Positions 51,825 to 64,000 of a stretch of 64,000 nt of DNA are shown one piece after another (position 1 is the stretch's first letter; the number at the start of each line of letters is the position of its first letter). The DNA comes from Mobula hypostoma. Taxonomy: Eukaryota. A program made the position numbers and the translations under genes. The stretch covers positions 113,648,001 through 113,712,000 of the forward strand of contig NC_086097.1 in the NCBI RefSeq assembly GCF_963921235.1. The letters are read 5' to 3'. The notes under the pieces were generated by a model. The model saw only the letters and a list, made by a program, of their open reading frames with translations. It was not told the origin of the DNA and searched no databases.

Positions 51825-52330
51825 AGCCATTTCTACCCTGGGAAGAAGTCTCTGGATATCCTCATCATCTTGCACGTCTTTATCAAGTCACCTCTCATCC
51901 TCCTTCATGCCAAAGAGTAAAGCCCTAGCTCGTTCAACCTACCTTCATGAGACATGCCCTGTAGTCTAGCCAATATCCTGGTAAATCTCTTCTTCACCCA
52001 ATCTAAAGCTTTCACATCCTTCCTATAATGAGTCAACGAGATCTGAACACAATACTCCAAGTGTGGTCTAACCAGGGTTTTATAGATTTCCAACATTACC
52101 TTGTGGCTCTTGAACTCAGTACCCCAACTAATGAAGACCAACACACCATTCGTCTTCTTAATCATCCTATGGCAACTTTGAAGGAACTACGGACGTGGAC
52201 CCTTAGATCCCCTTATTCCTCCTCACTGCCAAGAATCCTGCCTTCAAATTCGACCTTGCAAAAGTGAATCACTTCACACATTTGAGAAGTAGACTCCATC
52301 TGCTACCTCTCAGTTCAGCTCTACATCAGT
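51825..52330 (-). mobile_element. CR1 RT C-terminal fragment
   Basis: YKTLVRPHLEYCVQ..HYRKDVKAL..V.KRFTR. Confidence 0.85.
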
Positions 52331-53445
52331 CAATATCCAAAAACAACCCTGCACAATTTATTATCCACACAATTTCACCGACTGTAGGGACAATATAGAG
52401 CCATAGAGATCCCAGTCATGTTGGCAGAGAGCTTGGAACAATGTAAGATATTGTTATGGAGGTGAGAATGGTTTTTGATAAGTCTGGCGGGGGGGAGGTA
52501 ACAGCGTTTCTATATTATTCACTGAAGCCTGTATAAGCACCAGTGTGTGCCCATCCCCCACACAAATATTTTATTATGCTAAATGCCCAGATTAACTTGG
52601 TTGTGTATGCAAAACTCAATATTGAGCCCTGTTATCTATCAAAATCATGATTAGCCCAGTTCACACTTTGGAACTCCAGTTTGCCTGTCATAACGAGCCT
52701 CCATCACATTCTGTAACGATTGCCAGCCAGGCTGATGCTGGTACAGGAACAGCCCAGTGCCTGACCACAGTTACCTTAGCTTCACTATAGCCCTGTTTTT
52801 GACAAGCTAGTCCAGCAAAAATTGGCATTGAGGAGAGCAAACACATGCTGCTTCAAATCAACAGCAAATCATGCAGCTCAATTGCAAAATAGAATACAAT
52901 TTGTGGTATTTTTTGATGACTTACATTTGAACCTTTGAGGTTGATAGCTAACATATTTCATCACTACTTTCATGACAGATTTCTGTAGGTATCGTCATTT
53001 TGGCATAAAAGTATGAACTTATTTTAATTTGTTTAATTTTGAATAGGGCTGGAGCTGCTGAATTGTTGTTTGCACCTAGCACAAACTGTTTCACTAACTA
53101 AGGTAGTAAAATCAAATAATCTTGAAAATTACTCATCCTCTGACTACAAAAGACTTCTTGTGCAGGTAAATGGAACTTAAACACAAATTCTTTGTATTGC
53201 CACATTCACAATGCATTTTTTGCTGGAAATTACACGTAATATATAATTACTAAATTAAAGATAAAGGTCATCTGTCATCCCTTGGTCCTCTCAGTGTGTC
53301 TGCAATCCTTGAGAGTTAACCAGCCTCCTCCATTCTTTTCCCAGATGAGGTCTGAGAGTGATGATGTGGAATTAAGGAATAGGTTCTGAGAATCTATCCC
53401 TGGACTGGATTTAATGATCAGAAACAATGGGAAACTGCTTAAATA

Positions 53446-53705
53446 GGAAGGAAGGAAGGAAGGAAGGAAGGAAGGAAGGAAGGAAGGAATGTTGACTCAG
53501 ACCATGAGAGGCCTGTGTCGGGCATTTTCATGCCTCACAAGGCGCAGATTGGAAGTCTGTGTGGGGCGCCACTCCTCGCACAGATATTACAGCAATGTGT
53601 AATTAAGTGCCTTACTCAAGGACACAAACACGCTGCCACAGCTGAGGCTCAAACCAGCGACCTTGAGATCACTAGGCGAACGCCTTAACCACTTGGCCAC
53701 ATGCA
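53446..53705 (-). mobile_element. tRNA-derived SINE with a (TTCC)11 tail
   Basis: Head tggccaagtggttaaggcgttc, gtgtccttgagtaaggcacttaa body; (GGAA)11 at 53446-53489; taaata on both flanks. Confidence 0.8.
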
Positions 53706-53837
53706 TAAATACATTTGAATAATTCCTAAAAATTTAAAGAAAAAATCATTTAAATAAATGTTGGTATACATGAATAGTATAACTTCTTATTGCTTGAGGT
53801 TGGCCTACGTTTGTTTTTAAGTATATTGCCAGGGATG

Positions 53838-54158
53838 TGTGGGCACATGGCCAAGTGGTTAAGGCATTCGACTAGCGATCTGAAGTTCGTGAGTTCGAGC
53901 CCAGCTGAGGCAACGTGTTGTGTCCTTGAGCAAGGCACTTAATCACACATTGCTCTGTGATGACACTGGTGCTAAGCTGTAGGGGTCCTAATGCCCTTCC
54001 CCTAGACAACATCGGTGTCGTGGAGAGGGGAGACTTACAGCATGGGCAACTGCTGCTCTTCCATACAACCTTGCCCAGGCCTACGCCCTGGAGAGTGAAG
54101 ACTTTCCAGGCGCAGATCCATGGTCTCGCAAGACTAACGGATGACTTTTACTTATTTT
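53838..54158 (+). mobile_element. tRNA/core-type SINE with an RTE-like tail
   Basis: A box tggccaagtgg, B box gagttcgagcc; tail ccatggtctcgcaagactaacggatg; TSD tattgccagggatg/tattgccggggctg. Confidence 0.85.
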
Positions 54159-54184
54159 TATTGCCGGGGCTGCATTTCTGATTT

Positions 54185-54320
54185 GGGCCCTGATGAAGGG
54201 TCTGGAGACCAAACGTTGACTCTTCGGTCTTTTCCATACATGCTCCTTGACCTGTTGAGTTCCTTTAGCACGTTGTCTGTGTTACTCTGGATTTTCAGTG
54301 CCTGCAGAATCTCTTGTGAT
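54185..54320 (+). mobile_element. Penelope-like terminal fragment
   Basis: cctgatgaagggtctggagaccaaacgttgact degenerate hammerhead; ctgcagaatctcttgtg end. Confidence 0.7.
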
Positions 54321-54374
54321 TTACTTAAAATACCCTTACAAATCCTCCTCAGGTCATGAATGGCAAACTAATAC

Positions 54375-54997
54375 TTTATTAATTAATTTATTTAGAGATA
54401 CAGTGCAGAACAGGGTCTTCCAGCCCAATGAACCATGCTGACCAGCAACCCACCCTTTTAACCCTGGCCTAATCACAGGAAAATTTGCAATGACCTTTTA
54501 ATTTTTTAATAGGCATCTGTTAGTCTCGTGAGACCACGGATTTGCGCCTTGAAGGGTTTCCAGGGCGCAGGCCTGGGCAAGGTTGTATGGAAGACCGGCA
54601 GTTGCCCATGCTGCAAGTCTCCCCTAAAGTTGTCCAAGGGAAGGGCACTAAGGCCGATATAGCTTGGCACCGGTGTCGTCGTAGAGCAATGTGTGGTTAA
54701 GTGCCTTGCTCAAGGACACAACACGTTGCCTCAGCTGAGGCTCAAACTAGCGACCTTCAGATCACTAGACGGATGCCTTAACCACTTGGCCACGTACCAA
54801 CACTTACAATGACCAATTAACCTACTAACCAGTACGTATTTGGACTGTGGGAGGAAATCAGCGCACCTGGATGAAACACACGTGGTCACAGGGAGAACAT
54901 ACAAACTCCTTACAGAAAGCGCCAGAACTGAACTCCAAACTCCAACACCCCGACCTTCTGTAACATTGTACTAACCACTACACTACCATGGTGCCCT
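54375..54997 (-). mobile_element. V-SINE interrupted by the SINE at 54496-54803
   Basis: Colinear with 9595-9822 after removing the insert. Confidence 0.75.
54496..54803 (-). mobile_element. tRNA/core-type SINE with an RTE-like tail (same family as 53838-54158)
   Basis: Reverse complement of the 53838 copy; TSD ttgcaatgacc/ttacaatgacc. Confidence 0.85.
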
Positions 54998-55160
54998 ATA
55001 CATACAGACTGTAGATTGAAATGAGCACTTGGGAGAAGAATTTGTTGGCTGCAGAGGGCAGATGGTATCTTTTGCTGTGTGGGAGCTCAGTCTGCAGCAA
55101 TATCTGAAAGACTGAGTTTTATACCGTGGTATAACTACACATTGCCTATGGTTAGCTTAC

Positions 55161-55462
55161 GTTGGTATTTATGTATATTGTCAGGCAGCTGCATTTCTGA
55201 GTTGTGAACTGTTTGGGTTGTGAACATCTCTCAGGAATGGAACCCTTGATGTTGTCCATGAAGAAAAAATCCGACTGGAGTGAGTCAAGGACAGTGAAGT
55301 AGACAAACCAAGTGCCGATGTTCTTGCCATGTAGTTGAAAGAATGGAGGTTGCCATTCTGTGAAACTGTTCTGGAAACTCCAATCTGTGAACCGTGTCTG
55401 CTCAGGAATGGCTGAATCAAAGCACTTAGAAGTGGACACTATGATGCCACGTTTGCAATCTG
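55161..55462 (-). CDS. Internal coding exon of an unidentified host gene (DCKRGIIVSTSKCFDSAIPEQ...CSCLTIYINTN)
   Basis: ~100 open codons in non-repetitive DNA, ending exactly at AAC|GTAAGC donor (phase 0); NAGNAG acceptor ttcAG-cAG (start 55462 or 55459). Confidence 0.65.
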
Positions 55463-56177
55463 CTGAACATGAAATCATTTTGAATAAGAAATTATTCGTC
55501 AGGTGTTCTTTGGTAGGATAGAACATGCAGCTTCATGAATAGGACGGTGTATGACCGGAGAGTAACCTAAGCCTAGCGACTGACTAATCTGGTTGAACTG
55601 CCTTGTTTCAAGGAGAACAAAGAGACATTAATTCCAAGTTGTCACTTGTGAGAAGGGCAGTGAATTGATGCTGCTTTGGAATAAAGCCAGTGAAAAGTTG
55701 ATACACATTAGCCAGACAGGCAAATGCCAACGCAATTGAAAGACAGCGTTTTGAACGGATAAGGAAAGAGAATAACAATGAAGGGCTTCAGATGCAAAAC
55801 AGTGAGAACCTCCAGAGACTAACTATCGCAAGGAGGGTGTGCATGCCAGGGGCTGGAAAAAGGATCAATTGGCTAACAGGAGAACCCTTATTTCAGTGTT
55901 ATAAATTGGAGAGGCGGTCTGAGTGAGCATTGATACAAAGAGGACAATAGAATTCATGACTTAAGTGGTTAGCCGGGGTCATCATAGTTACGTTGATATT
56001 TGTGTGGAGACAAGAAAATGCAATTGTCTGGCCTCTAGAGGCACAGCCGGGTAGTAATCAGTGGGAGCACATTTCCATTGGCTCTTCTGAGTTTATCACC
56101 TGATACATTGAAACCTATATAATACATGGACAACATCATGAATATAATACATGAATTTTGTTGCTTCATTAAATAAG

Positions 56178-56978
56178 TGTAATGCCCTAGTTAAGATTTC
56201 TATTGCTATGCTGTAGGTATTTCATTTCAACATCTGTCTGCAAAAGCAGAGTGTCCTGCTGGAAGATGTTTTGATTTTGGCTAAGATAAGAAGCCCTGCG
56301 GTTCAACTTCGGAATGTGAGTCAGCCAATCAGGATTGACGGGAAGAGTTTTCTGAAGGACAGTAGTCTGGTTTGGGGGCTTTTGGCAGGAGCTGTGGAGT
56401 GGGACAGAAGGGAAGATGGGGTAGAGTGCCGTTGGAAGGAGCATCCCCATTGCACGGGGCGTTTTGTGCAGATGAATGGCTCCTAGGAGGAAGGGCCAAT
56501 ACTCCTGAGAAAGAGTCAATTTGTTTAAGTTGGACTTCAAGGGAAGTTCGGAATGTGGCATGTACTTTCCTGCAGACTGTGGGTCCACTGTGTGAGGACA
56601 AACGACACCAGTATGCTCATTGGACTGGTTTGACTGTAATGGGCCCTTTTACTTTCTTTTTCTTTTCTTTTTCTGATTAACTGTTTATTAAGGCTGAAAT
56701 TTGTAAATATATTTTCTTTATAATTTTATGGAGTGTACAATCTGTTATTTCTGGTTGACCAACAATTCTGTATGGGCAGCATTTACACGGTATTCGCTCA
56801 AATCAAGGTTTCTTTGATCAGAACATCATGATGTTCCTTTTTGGTTGAACCCCAAATCATACAGACCCAAGTCATATACTGTTTATGAAAGGTGGCCTGC
56901 TCCCCGCTGAGTTACGTGGCTGTTAGCAGAGCTAGCTAACAAGCCATGTTTGTATACGAGCCCCATGAGGGGGTTACG
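56178..56978 (+). repeat. Solo-LTR-like insertion inside the BEL RNase H region
   Basis: Termini tgtaatgccc...gggggttacg; splits LGYI from FNEAT; related to 40700-41277. Confidence 0.7.
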
Positions 56979-58690
56979 TATATAACCAAGCACAATCTTG
57001 CTGTCAGTAAAAAAAACTTGATATGGTCTAGTTCTGTGTCCAGATCATTGGATATTATCTCTGCCATCTCAACTGCTAGAACATCAGCACCAAATTCAAG
57101 CCTTGGTATAGTGAGATCTGGCTTGGGAGTAAGCTTTGCCTCACCTAGGATGAATCCACCTTCACTCTATCCAACAGCACCTGTGACCTTCAGGTAAGCA
57201 GAAGCTGCAGTTCTCTTTCGTATGGGCTATAGATAGTGGAAATGTTTGGTAGGTTCTTGGATTTTTGAAGCTTTTAAGATCCTGAAGGGAAGGACACCAC
57301 TGCTGCAACTGCTCTGTTTCGGGAGTGGGACATCTCATCCACAAGTGTCTAAGGTCAACTCTCTTAACATGAAACATCCCTGGATACTGACTGGAGCAGC
57401 AAATCCCAGAGGGTCAAATAGACTACTGATAGTCAATAGCATGCCAAGATGCACAAAGGGTCTTTCAGTATCAGTGACCTGGAAAGTAAGGATGTTGCTA
57501 ATGAGGTCCCATCCAAAGTCCAGATGATGCTGCATAGGAGGGAGGTCTTGTACAAGATCTTTGGCCAGATCTTTGATGGGAAACATTGCATGACCTCTGA
57601 ACTTTTGGATGCAATCTTATGCAGTCTGAGATTGGACTGCACCAACTTGTCTGGTGCTGTTTTCATCATGCTGACTGCTCCTTCTGCACTAGAAATTGAT
57701 TTAAGACCGTCATCAACATAGAAATGTCTTTCTACGTACCTCTGTGCTTCAGTATCAAATTCTTTCTCTCTCCCGATAGCTCTCCTCTTAAGGCCATAGA
57801 TTGCCACAGCCGTAGAGGGACAGTTACCAATACATCAACTCTCATGTGGTACTCCAGAATCTCATTGTCCAGTTGGTAGTCATGACACCACAGAATCTGA
57901 GGTCCTCTTGATGATCTCTCACTAGGAAGCTGCAGAACATTTGTTGGATGTCTTCCGTCACTGCAATGGACTCAGTTCTGAAGCACATGAGGACCCTGAA
58001 CAGACTGCTAATGAGATCTGGACACCGCAAGAGCATATTATTTATGTCTTTGACAATGTGTGTAAATCAAAGACAATTCTTATTTGTGCATGTTTCTAGG
58101 GATGGTAAATACCGAAGTTGGGGAAATACCAGTTTTCTTTGTTGGGATCTGGTGGAGGAGCTAACACTGCATGATTGTTTCTGGAGAATCTCTCCATGAA
58201 CTCCATGTAATGATCTTTCATTTCTAGTTCCACTCTCAATATGTGACTGAAGGACATGAGCTGAATCAGGGCCGCCCCTCTGTTGTTTGGTTGAGGTTGT
58301 TATGGAGACTGGAAAGGAAGGGGAGCTACCCAAATGTTTGACTCATCTTTGCTCAACTCTCTGTCCATGATTCGAAGGAAGACCTCATCTTCGATAGAAG
58401 TTGCCAGCCTATAATCATCTTCGGAGTGATAGAAGACAATCTTGCCTAAATCCGGTTGAGCAGAGGTAAGTACAGTGTGTCAGGGCACTTGGTCTGGTTA
58501 CCTACAATCTTCTCTTTCATACAGATTCTGTTCTCACAGGGACTGAAATTACTTGGGCTAATGTTCTCCAGGACATTAGTCTTTAATATGCTGACAGTGG
58601 ACTGATCTTGCAGACTTCACCCACTGTGACTCAACCTAGCTCCAGTCATTGGGCACAACGTGTATTGTGCTGACCATTGCTCTGTTCATG

Positions 58691-58816
58691 TGGCCGAGTA
58701 GCTAGCTCGATGCTCAACCCAACATAGATAGAAAGTGTGCAAGGAGCTGTCTGTATTTGAACCCAGGACCACTCACCTCCAAGTTTGGTGTGGATGCCAC
58801 TACACCACCGGCCGGC
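58691..58816 (-). mobile_element. Short tRNA-derived SINE inserted in BEL
   Basis: gccggccggtggtgtagtgg (A box) ... gggttcaaat (B box). Confidence 0.65.
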
Positions 58817-61039
58817 TCAAAAGTTTTTAGAGCAAATGGGGAATTTGAATACTGAATATGTCAAAGAATGTTCACTTTGCCAAAGACATAATGCTCTCAT
58901 CATCCAATATCACATATGCCTTTATTTTTTGCTCAGCATGTCCTTTTGGTTAGATGCTGGCTAAACATATTTTAGAGCAGGATTTGCTTGGAAGCCTTTC
59001 CCCGCATACCTCTGCATGAGGAAGCAGCTGCATCAGATGGATGCAGCTGACACCCCACTGTGCTCTGCTGTGGGAGTGCTGGAACCAGCAGTAGCCCAAG
59101 GTACTGGCCATGAATGAAGTGCTGATATGTACTGGTCACTGTGGCACTCCGGAGTGTATGATAGCTTTACAGTCTTTTGCTTAGTGTGCCATTGAAGCAC
59201 AACTTTTGAAACATATAGAGTGCTCTTTAAGAAAACAACTTTGATCTGTAAATGGTTTATCTCTGAATCCTTTGCATTTCTTTAAGGGGTGATTTTTCTT
59301 ATGGACAGGGTATTTGTATTGGGGTTTACAATGAAGTTTTCTACTACAGTTTTGTTGATCCTGATAATTTTCCATACTTTTGCTGGAGACCTCTCTTTGA
59401 ATGAAGTTTTACCAGAAGTTGAGAGCAGGAAACTAGGGTAATTTCATATTTCGGCATGGTGGCGGATGACGTCCATAAGGAATTAAAATGGTGGATAGGA
59501 AGCATGATGCTTCATTTTATACTTGAAACCTTTAGTACTTGGATATTGTTTGGTAGCTTTCCCACTATAGCCTTTATTCCTCTTGATGTATCTAAGAAGC
59601 TCAGTCCTAGTAGGTAACTTTCATTTTTTGGGGCTTAAAGTTCTGACAACAGATCTGCAAGCTCCTGTAGCATTCACAGTTCTTTGTGTGAGAGCTTTGT
59701 AAAATTATCAAATTTACTGAAGAGAAGTTCTTCAATTACCTCTGGAGAGCCACCACATTTGTCCAGCCTCTGCCACAGCATTTGTAAACCCGTAGTTGGA
59801 TTATCGATGTGAACCACCCTAACCCTTCTTGCATTTTTGCAATGATTCGCCATCAAGCCACTTACAGAACATATAGCTCTTTGCTAGGTTTGAGACTTAA
59901 TCATTCCATGGCATTGAGAAAGCTTGATTTCCAGAACAGACACTGGCAGATTGGTTGCTGAACACTTTTAGTCCTGCTGTGACTGTCCGGGCAAACCAGA
60001 TACCAAGCCAAACCTAATGCATCTGATGCTCTTGAATGGGAGCATTGTGGTGATGTGTCCTGGCATGAAAGGAAGTTTAGTCTGTCCATGTCAGTCCAGA
60101 TGGGATTAGCACCAATAGCAACTCTTGACTGAGGTTTTTGCTCTGGCAGAACTGCAGACTGGGATGTTGTCGGTCTTTGCTGCTGGTAGACCTTGACTGT
60201 CGATACTTAGACTATATAAGAGACATGTTGGCTGAGTGATGTGGACGACTCCTTGTAAGGTGGAAGCATTGTCTTTCCATAATCAAAAGGCTTTTGTGCA
60301 TTTTCTTTAGAAAGATGCACTGGCTGTTGTGGATGCAAGTTGTGACTGGTCCATTATATACTCACAACTGTCTTAGTCAACTGCTGCTTTTGCCTCTGCT
60401 AAGACAGCCTCAGCATCATGCTTTTCCTTGACAGTATAATGTAGTCTCTATATATGCTCTCTACTTGCATCTCAATTTCATGCTTACCATTGATGGACTC
60501 AGGGGTCAGGCCAGAATGTGGCTCATCTACCACATCTTTGCAATGCTCAAGCAAAACCACAGCTAGCATATCTGCAGCATGAGTTCGCACCAAGACTGAA
60601 GAGGCAATAATGATCATGCCACAGGAGGGTTCCAAGCTAATTGGCTCACCCTCTTCTCATGGTTAAATGGTCCAGCATTTCTTGCTGGTGCACAGTCAGC
60701 AGGAAACTTTCGACTTAGCTGACCCTAAGGCAGAAGTCCTCAAGTATGGACCAACACCACTCATTTATCGTTGCTCCAACTTGGCAGTGCGCACTTTGAG
60801 ATCTTTTCAAACTGGAAGTTGCTTAGTAGAGCAAATGTCCGTTTCTCACAGATTGCTCATTCCTTTACAGTGGCTGGCACATTTGTAAGCAACCAACTGA
60901 ATTGGGCAAAGTTTAGAACCCTTCTTGTTGTTCAAAGACAGGTTTATGTAGAAGAAGTTCAGTGCATCACAAAGTAGGAACCTCTTGCAAAACGAAGCTC
61001 TCTGTCCCCTTCTTGACTCTGAGGGGCCACTAACAGCCG

Positions 61040-61572
61040 GAGTCCATGGCCTCCTCCATTGCCGCGACGTGGCCACACTCAGGTTGGAGGAGCAACACCT
61101 TGTATTCCGTCTGGATAGCCTCCAACCAAATGACATGAACAATGATTTTTCAAACTTCTGGTAATGGCCCACCCCATCACCATTCCTCATTCCCATTCCC
61201 CCCCTAACCTTATCTTCTTACCTGCCTATCACCTCCCTCTGGTGCTCCTCCCCTTTTCTTTCTTCCATGGTCTTCTGTCCTATACTATTAGATTCACCCT
61301 TCTCCAGCCCTGTATCTTTTTCCAGCTTTCCAACTTCCCTGTTCTTTACTTCACCCCTTCCCTGGTTTCACCTATTACCTTGTACTTCTTCCTCCCTGTC
61401 CCCACCTTCTTTACTCTGACTCCTCATCTTTTATTCCAGTCCTGATGAAGGGTGTTGGCCCTGATCATCAACTATACTCTTTTCCAAAGATGCCTGGCCT
61501 ACTGAGTTCCTCCAGCATTTTGTGTGTGTTGCTTGGACTTCCAGCATCTGCAGATTTTCTCTTGTTTGTGAT
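61040..61572 (+). mobile_element. Penelope-like 3' fragment inserted in the BEL pre-integrase region
   Basis: ATLRLEEQHLVFRLDSLQPNDMN; degenerate hammerhead ~61437-61473. Confidence 0.85.
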
Positions 61573-61778
61573 TGGACATATAAAGGCACAACTCACTCCA
61601 GAGCTAACTCACCCAATCATCATTCTGTGTAAACATCATGTCACCTCTCTGCTCATCACGAGAAAGAGTGTCATCCAAGTCAGTGTTTTCAAAGTGAGAA
61701 TGGCTAAACCTGGTGTAGTAAGACTGTTTTCAAGATGAGTCTCTGAGAATATCCTTTTGCCAAAGACAGTGAAATGAT

Positions 61779-62345
61779 CATAGAAACATAGAAACATAGA
61801 AAATAGGTGCAGGAGTAGGCCATTCGGCCCTTCGAGCCTGCACCGCCATTTATTATGATCATGGCTGATCATCCAACTCAGAACCCTGCCCCAGCCTTCC
61901 CTCCATACCCCCTGATCCCCGTAGCCACAAGGGCCATATCTAACTCCCTCTTAAATATAGCCAATGAACTGGCCTCAACTGTTTCCTGTGGCAGAGAATT
62001 CCACAGATTCACCACTCTCTGTGTGAAGAAGTTTTTCCTAATCTCGGTCCTAAAAGGCTTCACCTTTATCCTCAAACTGTGACCCCTCGTTCTGGACTTC
62101 CCCAACATCGGGAACAATCTTCCTGCATCTAGCCTGTCCAATCCCTTTAGGATTTTATACGTTTCAATCAGATCCCCCCCTCAATCTTCTAAATTCCAAT
62201 GAGTACAAGCCCAGTTCATCCAGTCTTTCTTCATATGAAAGTCCTGCCATCCCAGGAATCAATCTGGTGAACCTTCTTTGTACTCCCTCTATGGCAAGGA
62301 TGTCTTTCCTCAGATTAGGGGACCAAAACTGCACACAATACTCCA
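61779..62345 (-). mobile_element. Young CR1 3' fragment
   Basis: Near-identical to 2668-3110; (catagaaa)n tail. Confidence 0.93.
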
Positions 62346-63649
62346 TTTGACCCTTAGTTTCAGTAGTTAAGTTTGACATCCTATGAATACCATGTGAGGA
62401 GTGTTCTGGCCTCTAGAGATGCAGTTCATTCTGTATGCACATCACTTCCTCTGTACAAGGTGGTTTTTTATATCAATTGGTGCACTGTTAGTTTTTATTC
62501 TGATTTGAAGCACACAGTGGAAATACATTCTTCTCTGTCCAATCTATTTGCCCTTGAAACAGCAATATCTGTGAGTCATAAGTTTTTGGTAATATTGGTA
62601 AACATTTAGTAGATATATTTTTAATAAAGTGTTATGCTTAAGTTTATCTTTGCACCACAATGTTGACTGTTATATAGTTATAGAATTTTACATATATGTA
62701 CTACCTTGGTTAACATCTGTTGTGTGCAATGATTCTGTATTGAATTTAATACCTATTTTACTTAACTCTGCAGTTTCACACAGAAGTAATCTCATTTAAA
62801 CCCTAAAAGGGAGCTTCCATCTCTGGCGATTTTTGGTAAGTTGTTTAGCTCGCTGCGTAGCTGTGTCGACACATGCAGTGAGGGCAGTCGAGCAATCTTT
62901 GAATTAATTAATAATTGTGTAGTGAATTACCTAACCTAAGTCAGTTGGTGAAAGGTCAACAAGGGGGACCTATACATTCTGTACATGAACTAAAAACATG
63001 GTGTAAAATGAAGGGGAAAATGCAAACCACTTCTCTGCAGTTTCCTTTTCCATCAAGGTGAAGACACTATTCAAGTAAATGGGTCTGTGCACATTCATCA
63101 TCAATAACATAGAACACCCAGCCCCTCAGCTCAGTTATGAGCATAGCAATCTTACACTCAATCCCACAGGTGGAAGAGGTATTCAGAAGCAGTGGTACCT
63201 CACCTCTTCCTCATCACTGGCCTCCATGTTGCATTGCATAGGCATGGGAGTCGGGCAAACAGACTCATGAAGTAGATTTTAAATGAAATTAAGCATTTAC
63301 ATAACTGAAATACAGTGGGTCATATTGTGACAACCATTATAAAGATGTGGTCACAATATGACCTGCAACCAACAGATCAAGACTCCGCACTTCTGCATCA
63401 CCTAGTCATGAATAACGGTGGGCGAGTGAACAGCTAATAGGAAGAAAAGGTAGCAAGGAGATATCCAAACTCAGTTTTGGGAGTCCACCATGTGAGTGTA
63501 AAGGTCAGTTAAGGCAATTGCAGCCTTAGCTACATCAACATCCTCAGTCCAAGAGTCCAATCATTGCAAATGTAGCTACTCAACTTACACCACATGATGT
63601 AGAGAAAGACCAGGGAGCACAGGATGAAATAATCTCTATGAAATGCCAA

Positions 63650-63985
63650 ATCCGCCAAGCGGACCATAACCTTATCATAGGGTTTGGAGGCTTGCATGCT
63701 TCAATGACCTGGAGAGCTGTTGGCTGCAATTAGGACCTAGTGCTTTGTTTCTTGGCAGGGTCACCTATCCCAAACAGGTCAGAGGGTAGAGGCAAATTTA
63801 AGAGTGGTCCACTGGTCTTCCAGGTTTAGGGGTTCAGCTCAGGGCTAAAAACCCTGACTGATCAAAAGAAAATTGTTTCTGAAGCAACAATGAAGAATCC
63901 TTCTATATCTGTGTGTGACTGCGTGGTCAGACAGAGATGGAGGACTTTCATTGCTGCCCTAAACACCAGCGGTGTAACAAGCAGG
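63650..63985 (+). mobile_element. Bipartite non-autonomous RTE element
   Basis: RTE/BovB-like 5'UTR (accttatcatagggtttggaggcttgcatgcttcaatga...agggtcacc...gtggtccactgg) joined to RQRWRTFIAALNTS 3' end. Confidence 0.72.
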
Positions 63986-64000
63986 ACAAAAAATGAGTTG

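Larger units (their letters stand above)
56025..62715. mobile_element. BEL/Pao LTR retrotransposon relic with an inverted gag-RT-RNaseH segment and nested insertions
   Basis: Minus strand 60610 to 56046: gag, HPLKKCKGFRDK..FLKEHSICF knuckle, AVTEDIQQMF, RHFYVDDGLKS, SSLFDPLGFAAP, TIPRLE, TDSKIVLGYI; plus strand from 60611: DHATG..WLNGPAFL, HPIII..HHVT; PPT plus LTR start tgttctggcctctagag at 62402; right end uncertain. Confidence 0.85.

Noticed and set aside
53838..53915. tRNA gene
   Set aside because: A/B boxes run into a SINE body with tail and TSD; same for the other tRNA-like heads
55181..55420. 79-aa alternative-frame ORF
   Set aside because: Terminates before the donor site; the other frame is open across the whole exon and phase-matches the terminal exon
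62726..62730. gcaat as the right TSD of the BEL element
   Set aside because: Matches the left flank but is not preceded by an LTR-terminal CA, so the right boundary remains undefined
62774..62835. Plus-strand exon-like segment with a GTAAGT donor
   Set aside because: Stops in all frames; no supporting partner exon

Overview
Eukaryotic, repeat-dominated vertebrate DNA, most likely an elasmobranch (ray/shark); this is inferred from the repeat repertoire (CR1/HER1-like LINEs with an esterase ORF1, V-SINE/HE1-like SINEs). Most of the window is decayed transposable elements, and none of them retains intact ORFs: CR1 LINEs (two near full length), Rex1/Babar LINE fragments, Penelope-like (GIY-YIG) fragments whose terminal repeats carry minimal hammerhead-ribozyme motifs, bipartite non-autonomous RTE elements, tRNA-derived SINEs, a full-length Tc1 with intact TIRs plus Tc1 MITEs, two Gypsy relics and a BEL/Pao element with an internal inversion. 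The only convincing host sequence is the 3' end of an unidentified minus-strand gene: a ~300-nt coding exon (55161-55462), a phase-compatible terminal exon (stop at 50574) and a probable ~4.8-kb 3'UTR. Most ORFs in the track are TE fragments or chance ORFs. Repeat boundaries were read by eye and are approximate unless a TSD or TIR is cited.
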